The position numbers and the translations under genes were made by a program. Shown here in pieces: positions 1-11,162 of a stretch of DNA of 64,000 nucleotides (its first letter is position 1; each line of letters starts with the position of its first letter). Source of the DNA: Yuukianura sp. NJ FZ-2021 (taxonomy: Eukaryota). Location: contig CM102288.1 of NCBI GenBank assembly GCA_046563655.1, positions 2,728,001-2,792,000 of the forward strand, given 5' to 3'. The notes under the pieces were generated by a model. The model saw only the letters and a program-made list of their open reading frames with translations, searched no databases and was not told where the DNA came from.

Positions 1-173
1 ACCCAAATGAGGTTCTTCGGAAGTTGATGAGGCATGAGCAGAGAAAGTGAAGAAATCTACTGGAAATTCCTTCACTTCCTTCCTACTCTTCTTCTATTCC
101 CTGATGACTATTTTCTAAGCATGATTTGCATGTTTCGCCAGCTATTTCAATTTCACTTATGTCTTTTTTTCAG

Positions 174-444
174 AACTACTCGTACGACAAAACGTGTTCA
201 GAAGAACTTCAATTGGACCAGAGTTCTTTCCTCCAATCCAGAGAAAATTATTCATTTGGCATCACAAACAAATGGAACTGGAGCAGCAGTCGTTCAAACT
301 CCTGATGCAGGAAAAGTTAAAAAATCTCTTACTCCAATTCCTGGAAATCTCACGCCTGCGATGCTCCAAATTCTATCGAAAAGGAAAGAAAATACTCCAT
401 TATCAACGGCTTCCCGTGGAGTAGCTCGGGCGGAAATTGTCGAG
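174..444 (+). CDS. Internal coding exon of an unidentified Lys/Ser/Thr-rich protein; the gene begins upstream of the window
   Basis: Acceptor ttttttcag|174, open frame TTRTTKRVQK...ARAEIVE, donor GAG|gtaaaa at 445. It ends in phase 0, matching the next exon. No recognisable domain. Confidence 0.6.
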
Positions 445-1143
445 GTAAAATTTTGATTTAATATCAATTTACCGGGGGATTTTGAATTCGTTTTGCCCGA
501 TAAATTTCCCAGGGGTCAAGATTCAGCCGGACTCCTTTAATAGCCCGCGCGTGTTAATTTTGATTAGAATGAAAGCGAAGTGTTGCCAAATCCGGAGTTT
601 TCGTAACACTTCGTTTCGACTCGCTCGGAATTACTGGGTGAATCTTGGTCGTGAAATGGCGTCATTTGATTGCAAATTACGAAATTTCACATTTGCTTGA
701 GCCTCATTTTCCATGATGACAATGAGCTGTTAACGAGAAACTGCGTTATTTGATCCTCGAATTTCAAAGAAGCCTTGTGTAAGTAAAGATTGAAAAGTCT
801 TTAATCACAAAGTTTCACAACATGACCCATTTCCGTGCTATTCTTTATGGGAAATGGGAAACTTTGATGAGTTTTAATTTTTTTTTTGTCATTTCCAACA
901 AGTTAATAAGTATTTGCTTACATTTGGGTACTACTAGCGCACTTTCTCTCAGCGTTTAGAGTTACAAATCTGGAATCTAGAATGAGAGAAAGTTTTGAAG
1001 ATAAAGTCTTTCTCTGGTCTCTTGACTGTTATTTCTCGTCTCCTGAAAAACCTAAATCCTTAAAAGCCGAACTCTAAAAGTTGCCGTCTGTTTTTTTACG
1101 AAGTAGTAGAAATTGACTTTGAAATTTGTTTACATTACTCCAG

Positions 1144-1285
1144 GGGACAACGAAACTGACGCCGGCCATGAAAGAGATCTTACTGAAGACAAAGAAGCAG
1201 AAGCTGCGGAAATCAATGGGAGAGGATCTTGGAGGCCTGATGATAGCAAAGAAGATCAAGCAGAAGGCTGTCGCTGCTGCCGCGG
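1144..1285 (+). CDS. Next coding exon of the same unidentified gene (GTTKLTPAMKEILLK...KAVAAAA)
   Basis: Acceptor ctccag|1144 in phase 0 and strong donor G|gtgagt at 1286. It repeats the LTPAMxxIL motif of the previous exon. Confidence 0.65.
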
Positions 1286-1636
1286 GTGAGTCAGCCACCC
1301 TTCACTTTCTTTAGTCTCATCAACATCCGACACTCACTAGTCTCCCTGGCGCTTAATAAATATTGCACCCTCAGTATTTACTTCCTTGCTTACCCCCGTC
1401 TTCCTTTGTCTTGAGGAACCACCAGCACCACATCAACCGCTGCGGCGGCACCTTTTTCAATCCTGGAAGGAAGATCCTGCTGCTAGACAGCTTTGAGCTT
1501 TGATATAGAACCACTTCCGCACGTCTCTCAGCGTTTCCTCAATCTATAAATATTTACACTAAAAGGAATCATTTTATTATTGTGACCTGAATTCCCTTTC
1601 TCACATGAATCTTTAATTTTTGGATTGGATTTCCAG

Positions 1637-1806
1637 GTCGAGCACCGCCGGCTGTAACGTCTTTACCTTCGACGACTTCAAATGCTGCTGCTTCCACCAC
1701 CATCTTCACCACTAGTAACCAAGTTCCATCGGCCAAAATCAAACTTCCAGCAAAAGTTGTCGGCGGCACGTCACGATCCGGTCGTCCACTACGACGAAAT
1801 CCTTAG
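1637..1806 (+). CDS. Terminal coding exon of the same gene (GRAPPAVTSLPSTTS...GRPLRRNP*)
   Basis: Acceptor tttccag|1637 is phase-1 compatible (G+GT=Gly). The frame is open to TAG at 1804-1806 and encodes low-complexity S/T/A/P sequence. Confidence 0.6.
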
Positions 1807-4800
1807 GTCAAAAAACGGAACTTGCCGAAGTTAAAGTTTTCTTTGTAATCAATGCCACACTGTCTACCATAATTTAAAAAAAAAGTATTGTTTTCACCTT
1901 AATCTTTTTAGAGTTCTGCATTAGCTCTGCATCTTCTTCTTGTGGTTAATTGAGACTGAATGAGATTAAGACATTGTTCAAGACAATGCTGTGGTGAAGG
2001 ATCCTGCGCAAAATACTGACAATTAGTTAAACAATATTTGTCTTTGTCCCGCATTTTTCGTATTAATTTTTTGTTAAATGCCAATTGTACGCTATTACTT
2101 GTGGTGAATTGTCAGCGGCATAGCATTTGTCTTTGACTTAATTAGCTAGTATTTTTCTACATTTTTCCTTTTACTTTAATTGTAAACTCGTTAATTTATT
2201 ACCCCCCAGTACTACTAATACTTGGAAGTGTAGCCATTACCGTTTTGTAATTATGAAGGAACCTAACGAATTAAGTGTGTTGTGCTACTACTAAAAAATT
2301 GTGTCATTTTCCAAATTCTTGTTTAATTTCACTCTCGCTTTTCTCCTGACGCCGTGAATTCCGTGTTTTCTCTTAAAAATGGAAAAATTTTGGAGAAGCC
2401 TGGAACAGGAGGGATTAGTGAAAACAGCAGCCGAGCGTCGCTTTTGTTTTTCTTTCTCCCTGTCTAGGGAGAGTAATAATTAGAATAAAAAAAACGGGCT
2501 TTTCAACCAAAAAAAAAGACGTTAGACGTAGTTTTTTTTCCTTTTGGAGTTAGGAGAAAGTTCCGTTTCACCTAACGTCGATTTTTTTTTGTAGGAAGGA
2601 GATGGGGAGTTTAACGTTATACAAATTGTGGTGGGTGGATGAGTGACGTCTCATCATTGGTGGGTTTTGGTGGGTTCGGTGCACTGGAAGATAGAAAATA
2701 AAGGCAAAAGCGCCTTTTCCTTCCTTTCGCCAAGTAATTTTTCATCGGGGTTTTCTGCTGACGGAGGAGGAAAGTGAAAGTTGCTTTCCCCACTTTCTCC
2801 GACGGGAGCTTCGATCGTTTCCGGACTACTCTCGACGGCGACTAATGAACCGATCGTGGACAGGTCCTTAAGGGAAGCCTAAAAAATTTAGCCATACCTA
2901 ACCTAAATTGCTCTAAAGATGTAACCAGTGGCTTCTTTGACTGCGTTTTTCATGAATTTGCGCGGAAGTGATCGACCAGACAAATCAGGTTCGGAATTGA
3001 GCGTCCAGAAGCGTCTGGTTACGAGTTCGATTGGTGAAGTGAAAGTCCATGAGTTACAACCTGGACTTTCACTTTGCTTTCACCGCAGTCTGGGGAGAGG
3101 AAGAAGAGTGATTCCATTATTATTCCATTACGAACAGACCCAAATATGATCAGGACGGTTGAGCACAAGGGAAAAGAACGGCCTTGCACCAAGGGTCCTA
3201 TTCATGCTTTCTCTTTTTAAATGTCAGGAAACTTCAGTGCTCAGCTCACGGAAGGGTTATGCATGTTAGGTTACGTTTTTAACGTTAAGAGAAGCGACGA
3301 CCAAGCAGAAACAATCGATACTTACGGATAGCAGCTTACCTTTCACCTGGGAACTTTTTAAGTCTGTTACGGCCACTTCAGTTTGGAGAGAAAGTTCTAA
3401 AGCAATTCATTTGAAAATTTCTTTACGAAAAAAATTAGGTTAAAAAACTTGCCTATCTTTGGTAATACTTTTCCAGAATTTTTTTTCGTCTGCAGTAAGA
3501 CTTCGTTTGGTGTGTCTGCGCGTGGCTGTCCTGGTTTACTTCTGGAGAGCTTTAGGACTTGGAATTGAAGCATCTAGGGACCTTAGCAACAAGTGTTTCC
3601 CTCCATCGCTCCCTCGCCTGCTGTTGAAGCTGCTAAAATAAAACGAAGTCTGGATGAAAATATTTGTGTGGATTTCCTATGCTGGTCCATTGTTCTGTGG
3701 GAGATTGGCTGGAAGGAGTCCAACGCCCCAGTCAGCTCCAGTACGTCTGTTCCTCACACTTCAGAGTTGTGAAATTTGGGGAAACTTTAGTTCATGGACG
3801 TGGCTATTAATGAGATTATGGAGAAAGTAATGGATTCATTACTGGGAATCCAAAACAACTTTCCACCGTGGCTCCAGCAGCTTTCCGGGATTCGCCAGGC
3901 AGCACTACAGTTACTACATTACAGCGTTGCGCTGCAGTATCCAGGAAAAAGTCTCCAGCATAGCAAGTTGCAAGGCGGGGAAAGAAGAGAGTCCCTGCCG
4001 GAAACCAGGGAGGCAATCCCATCTTCACTTCACAAATTTAATAATCATAATTGTCCTCCAGCAGTTGGAGGTTCACAGCAAGCAGTACAAGTACTACTGC
4101 CAAGTACTACTATACTTGCCAAGTATACAACGTAGAGGCTACAACATCTAGCAAAAGTACTGCTGCATCTGGAACGACAGAGGTCATTCGCTCCTTACTT
4201 TACGGCCGTCTCCAGCCCACTTTCTTCCTTATCACCACCACGCAGGACTCATTCGGATCCACTTAAACCCTATCCTGCCCCCCCCCCTAGCTTAGTCTCA
4301 GCCTGGCTTAACTTCCCGGATTTTTTTCGGGGGCGGGGTAAACGGAAAAGGACTTTATGACTCTTCAAAGAACTAAACACACATGTTTCCTTTCTGATAA
4401 ATTTAACACAGAAAACATGACAAAACAAAGGGAGAAACAGAGTAAAAGCGTCGGTGGGTAAAGAGAAAGCCACAACTTTCTCTTTCGTGTTTCCAACAAT
4501 TTTTTGACCAAAACAAACTACCAAAATAACTTTGTGTTTTTAGAAACATTTTTGAAACGCCAACCTCCGAGGAAGAAGCGAACCCACAACTTTCTCTTTC
4601 AGCTTTCTTCAAAAATAGGGATAATCATCAATCTAACCAAAAGGAAAAAAGTAAATAGAAAAGTTACGAGGAGGAAAAACGGAAGAAAAAAGTGTAACAA
4701 AGGGGAAAATGGATAACAAAGGTGGAGAAAAGTACAATGTCGTCCAAAAAAGTAAACACCAAGTTCTACACACAAAACCGAAAAAAAAAAGTTTGACCAG

Positions 4801-7800
4801 CCCGCTTGATAATAGGCTATGAGTAGGTTTTATAAGAGATGATTGTCAGTTTTTTGGCCATTAGTGTATCCTACTTTTTTTCTGGAAGGTGGAAGTGAGG
4901 GGGGAATTCAACAAAGTAGAGAAAGTCAATAAGGCATAAAGGCAGAGAGATGATGATGAAATCAGGAAATAAGCAAAATCTGGTACGAAAATCCCTTCTA
5001 GAGCTTCCAGCCATAGCAGTCTCTGCCAAAAAATCAACCGATAGGAACCATCTCCATCGTCGAATCATCATATTCGTCGCCTACTTTCTTTCATTTCCTT
5101 GATTCTGCGTTCTCAGCACCACGGATGAGATAGTCTACTAAGAACATCAAGGAACAAGAATTGAGTTCAGTTTTTCCTTAACATACTCTCTTTCTCCCTT
5201 CATGAAATTGCTTTCACTTTGTTACAAACCAACTCACTTGAAGCCACAAACGACAAATTTTATGCTTCAACCTCCACCACTACTACTGCTATCCTACTCT
5301 ACCAAACCTAAATTCATTTTATTCTTTTCTCAAATGGAGAAAATTGGGCAGCGAATTTACCAAAACGGAAAATGGAAAATTGTGTTTTTGAAAAAAGGAG
5401 AAGCGGAAGCAACAAATTTTAGGAGATAAAATTCACTTTTTGACGAAAGCAACGATTGAAATGCAACAGTAGAAAATTTCAGTGTACTTCCGAAAAGAAT
5501 TTTATCTTGTCGCTTGCAGATCGAAAAGAAAGCAAGCAGGATGAGTAATCAAATCAAATAAGCGATGGAGCAATTCCAAAGCCAAGCAACGACATCAAAA
5601 GGTGAAAAAAAGCTAAAGCGAATAGGCGTTGAAAAATAGGCAACTGGTGAAAGAAATTGAGCAATGCGATTCAGAATTGAAGGCGGACAGTGACAAAAAG
5701 TTGTAAAATGGATCACCGTAAAACTTTTTTCTTCACAAAAAACATGAAAAGTGAAGATAGGTTACGGTGAAAGTTCATTTTCTCTGTTCAAGTGCCTACC
5801 ATTAATAACACTTCTCTTCTCCCCACATTCTGCTAGTTCCAAGTTCTTCGAAAAGAGAAATGGGGGTGAGGGGTAGTACAACCATATGCCAACGTTAAGC
5901 ATAGGTGGGGAGGGGGGACCTGAGGTTGATCCAGTAGTTGTAAAATGAAGAGAAAGCAATTAGTTTTCCTTCGGTTGGAATTATTAGTCTGGCGGAACAA
6001 GGTAGAGAATTAGGTTTTGTGTTCCTATTCTCCTATCATAAATGTCAATACGTGACGCTGGGTTTGTTCTGCTGGGATAAAAGGCAACTCGAGCCCTTCG
6101 TTTGCTTTTCCCTTCCCGCCAAAAGTCGTCTCCAATTTTCTCTCCTGCTGCTCGTCGTCTTTCCTATCGGTCAATAACGCAAATATCCATCCATTTGCGT
6201 CTGTTGACTTTTGCGGATTGCCTTTCACTTTTGCCTTTCTCTGCTACGGAGATGGGATGTAAGAGTTGAACCAGGAAAACTCAACATAGCAAAAGCTCTT
6301 CGTTTTATCTACACGACATGTTAGACATCGGACTACCCAAAAACATATAGTAGGAAACTAACAAAACTGCTTTCAATCTAATGCCTTAGCGTTACGTTAA
6401 GCCTAGAGTTAGGTTTTAGTCCAAGAGTGAAAGTGAGTAGAACCTTTAATTATGTCTCGTTTCCTTCCTTGATGCTGCTGAAACCTTTAGACTCTCTAGG
6501 TATTATTATCCTTGTACACTTTATTCTCTCTCTGGCAAGCTAGAAAACCAATCCTCAAGACAAACAGAGTTCAATGACTCTTCTAATCACCAGGAAGACT
6601 ACAGAATCCATCCTGAAAGCCAACACTTTCACCTTCACTGCCGCCAACTTTTGAAAATGGAAAATGGCGGCGGTGGCTACTTCAAAATTGCTCTCTCCAA
6701 TCCTCATCACCATAGATCACTTCTTCTTCGTCGTGTTCGATTGAGAACGAACCACTTTTGTTACCTCAACTGAACTTTCCTGGTCTAGTGTACGATCAAG
6801 TCAAACTGAATTTCCTGATAAAGGAAAGTGGCTTTCACCACTTGCCCCACCACCCCACCTAAAACTAAAAGAAGAAGTAGGTGGGTGGGGCCATAAGTTC
6901 CCTGGAAGAGCAGAAAAATGATAAGCTCCTTTCTCCGACTTTCTCCTAGGGAAAAAGGCGGGAAAACAGAAAGATTTATGGGGCGGGTGATTTTAAAAAT
7001 GCAATTAGGACCAGGGAGTCAGGAATTACCAAAAACGAGAAAAAAAAGGCAACTGTCGTCTTTCTTTCTTTGTGAAAATGATGGCTGGACCAGGAGTCAA
7101 TATAATGAAGAAAGTCATTTCAAAGTCCATTCCAATTGGTTAGGAGCCAAAGAACCGGGAAAATAAGGAAAAGAAAAGTTTGAAGTAGAAAGCGGGAAAG
7201 TAAAAAAAAATGAAAAAAAAAGTTGAGGGAAGTGGGAAGCGAAGCTGTTGGAGAAAAGGGAGCGAGAGACTTCCTTTGTCATTACAAACAAGTTCTCAAT
7301 TTCCCCTGCTTTTCTCCTCTTTTTCCTTTTCTTACTACTCAGCCTAATTCATTTTGAAAAGCGAAGAAGGCGGAAGAGAAATTCTGAGTTATTGCTCGCA
7401 CTTTCAAAAAAAAACCTATTACTACCACGTTCAAAAAATAATAAAAAGTGGAATTGAAATTTTTGATTTTCAAAATCCGAGTCAAATTCCTGTATACAAG
7501 TCAACCCTATACTCAAATCTGGTCCGTCACTCTTAATTTATCCTTCGCCTTTCAAAATCTAAACAACTCAATTACTCCAGCGCTTCCTTTTCAAACTTTC
7601 AAGAACTTTCCAATAATCTACTAAATTTCAAAAAAAAATTGTCATCTTACGTGCTTTGGTTTAACTTGAACAGCGTCTTTCAAACTTCCAATTTTAAAGT
7701 TACCGAACTTCAGGTACAAAAATTCTCTCGACCACCAGATTCATTCCATTGTAACAACTCGTCAGAATTCTGAAAACACAAAACCGAAAAAAATCATAAG

Positions 7801-10512
7801 TATGGGTATTCGAAGAGTCCATTTACTGCAGCCACCAAGTGCCCCACCACACGGTGGTCCAAAATGAATATGACCTCCTAGCCCCACCTCCCGTTGTTGG
7901 TGGTTCTATAATTCCACTTCTGAGACCCACCAAGGGCACTTTACATCCCACGCTTTCCCGCTAAAAGCAAGATCGGAGCCAATGTGTTACCCGCTTGAAA
8001 TGAATCTGTAAATCACTAGACTCTGGATATCCCTTCTGCTTCTCTAATCCTTCAAATCCTTCTAATGCACCCACTTACGTCATCCTCCCTGCTAAATGAA
8101 ATTCAACAAACAAATATGTTCTAAACAACCTCATGTTCTGAACAAACCCTGTTCTGAACAACCTCCAAAACCCGCACAAGCAAGTGACCTGCAGCATGAG
8201 GGTCTCCTTGGCGCTGGAAACGAGGCGTACGTGAAAGTTAGACTAACGTGGAAGTTGTTAAGGAGAAAGCGCACTAGTGCATGTAGCGTAAGCGTACAGA
8301 AAGGGAATCTAATTAACTTCCATTTGCTAAAGGATTAATCACTTTCTCCCTCAAAAACACAAGGCAGAAGGCTAAAAACGAGTTAGGAAAGTGTAAGGTA
8401 GTAGTACTGGTTGGAAGTGTTATTTGTTTAGGTAAGTGTGTGTAAAGGGCACTGACACGGTGTGTCTGATGCAATGGGTTTCTTGTTTAGCTTTTCCGAG
8501 GGCAGTAAAATTCAATTTAAACGTAAATGAATGAAGGTAAATCAATCCTGATTAGGAAATTCGTGGGAGGAAGAAATTAAAAGGAACTTCACCTCCTAGA
8601 CTTCGCCTCCTCTTTAATTATTGACGAACCTTGTTTCACTCCCGAAGCATTTCAAATTAGGAAATACATTTACATTGGCTTAGTTGTTAGACGCAAAATT
8701 ATACCTTGCGAGAAAAACAGGCGACGAATAGAGGTCAATTTCAGGCCAAATGTTTGTAGGAAAAACTTAGAAGTAAAAAGAAAAATTAAAAATTAAAACG
8801 TGATAGTTTCCTCTTAGGGCTGAAATCGAGAAAGTACGAAAGAAACTCCCAAATTTTAAAAACAGTAGCTAGGAAAGAGGGAAAATTTCAGTGGAGTTTT
8901 GGAATTTTAGTTCAATATTTTAGTGTAATTTTTTTTTTAAACGTTCGGTTCCTAAAACTCATAAAACTTGAAACTGAGCGTGCCGTAACGAAGACTTTCT
9001 CCTTCAGTCTCTGGGGTGACAACTTTTCCATAAGTGAGCGGATTTCATGAATTTTGAGTAAAATTTAGTGGAAATAAAATGAAGTTCCAGAGGAGACAAA
9101 GTGTGTGTGAGTTGGTTGGAACTGGTGGTGGGATTCCTTAATTACTTTGAATTACTTGAAATTCAATTACCTCATCCTCGTTTTCTCAGCTACCGAATAG
9201 GAGCCAATGAAATCGGAACCACACCCACCTTCCTACTTTCTCCCTCAAAACAACTTACAACTTCCAAACCAGCTCCATTTACACAACTCACAAACTTTCA
9301 CAACTTACGTAACTAACTTTAACATATATAGGCTTTCCCTCCATTTCCCAATCCCAAAGTCCTAATTACTCTAACGTCCAAATTCTCCATGATTTTTCGG
9401 AAAAAAATCAAACTTTTACCAAAATTTTCTCAAATTCTCATACTATGCACATCATCATCTTTTTCTCTCTTCATTTTAGGAATATTCAGCTCCAGCGCAA
9501 GTTGCTTTCACCCAGCTAACTTATTTTCTCCAAATTTTAACAAAATGGATTCGCTAATTGATTTTGTGGGGCGGGCGATGGTGGGACTGACCCCTTGGGG
9601 TGGGTTCCTTGGACGGAAGATTGAGCTGGGTCATAATGGTTGATGTTGAAAGTGATAGGAGTGGGATCCTCTTGATTTCCCTGCTCAACTCAATCAATTC
9701 TCCTCGGAATGGAATGAAATGACTCTCAATCACACCAAATGAAAGTCAAGGCATCATTTCATTCCACTCCATTCTCATTTTGAAGGAGAGCCTACGAATA
9801 GCCTAGACTAAAAGAAAACCTAACCTTAAAAGAAGCCCTTTGTCAGAAGAACCTACTTTCTCCCGATAATAATGAGTCCATGAGTCTTCCTGGAAAACTG
9901 GAGAAAGCTTCCCATGTGAAGGCTATGCTTTCTCAAGTCTCTTCGAAGGCCAAAAGCTCTCCACTTGGATTTCGTTTAGATGGATTTAGGCTCATCATAA
10001 GAGAAAAGTCGAGACAGGGAGTTGGAGAAAATAAAAAGCTCCTCCACTCACGCCATCATCAGCCAAAAACACGAGCGGGGAAAAGCAAGAGGGAAAAATC
10101 TAAAGCCTAAAAATAGATTCGAAACCAATACTGAAAGAGAAAAAATCCAAATTTTTGGAAGGAAAATTTCAGAAACCTGGCTACCACCTAGTACAACCTC
10201 ACACAAGTATTTTTTTTAAATATTTGCTTGCTCATCAAAATTTGTGTCGAAAAATCCAAATTTATGATTTGACTAATTACAATTTGAAAGTTTGATTTTA
10301 ATTAAAATGCTTTCACCTGGTTTTGGCATTACTTTCTCCACCTGTCCAAACAGTAATTAATTGATAAACAAAATACAAACCTTCTCTGCTGTCGAAAGAA
10401 AGAGTAAAGAGGACGGTGTGTCATTAAGGCTTTCCTCGTTACAAATGCCTTAGGCTTCCTTCCTGTTCTGTTTCTCAGCCAGGTTAACCTAAGTTTAGCC
10501 TAACCATAAGCA

Positions 10513-11162
10513 CAGTGTTGGCTTTTCCCCGGGGATTTGATGCTCTCCCCGGGAAATTGGTGTTATCCCCAAATCCCCGGGAATTTGGGGATTATTGGGG
10601 CTCTGGCGATGTTTTGTACAACGCATGCGCAGCGTCTGCGCAAACCCAGAATTCAATGTAGCTCCACCCAGAACATTCCCACACTCCACCCCGTTTTGTT
10701 CTTTGTTGTTATTCATCGTCATTAAACCTTTTAATTTGATTCCGGCGTTGACTATTTTATATTAAATATTATTTATAATATATAATATAATTATTGTTAT
10801 ATTATTTATAGTATATTATAATACAATTATTATTACTTTATAACTACGTAGAATATAAAAGGCTAAGTCTAACGATATATATAATGTTTGTAATATAATA
10901 TGTTACATATATTATTATATAAATGTAATATAATAAATATAATATATTTATACATAATATATAATATAAAATATTCAATGCCGGACGTTTAGAATCCCAT
11001 TATTTTCCTGTTATAATATTGAAAAACACAAAAAAAAGTCAGCCATTTTGGATAAAAAAAACGAAATCCCCACACAGCCCCAAATCCCCACCTCCGAGGG
11101 TGGGGAAAACCCCAATAATCCCCATCCCCGTCCCCAGTGGGGTGGGGGTGCTGCCAACACTG
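10513..11162. mobile_element. Non-autonomous hAT-like DNA transposon (MITE), 650 bp
   Basis: Perfect 10-bp TIRs CAGTGTTGGC (10513-10522) and GCCAACACTG (11153-11162). Perfect 8-bp TSD CATAAGCA (10505-10512, 11163-11170). Subterminal CCCC/GGGG repeats, very AT-rich core, no transposase. An 8-bp TSD with CAG termini is typical of hAT. Confidence 0.9.

Noticed and set aside
34..173. N-terminal part of the 140-aa ORF
   Set aside because: T-rich and ending in a polypyrimidine tract plus CAG, so more likely intron.
2928..4266. Cluster of overlapping ORFs in a moderately GC-rich stretch
   Set aside because: No domain and no consistent exon chain that I could build. Left uncalled, although a diverged gene or repeat cannot be excluded.
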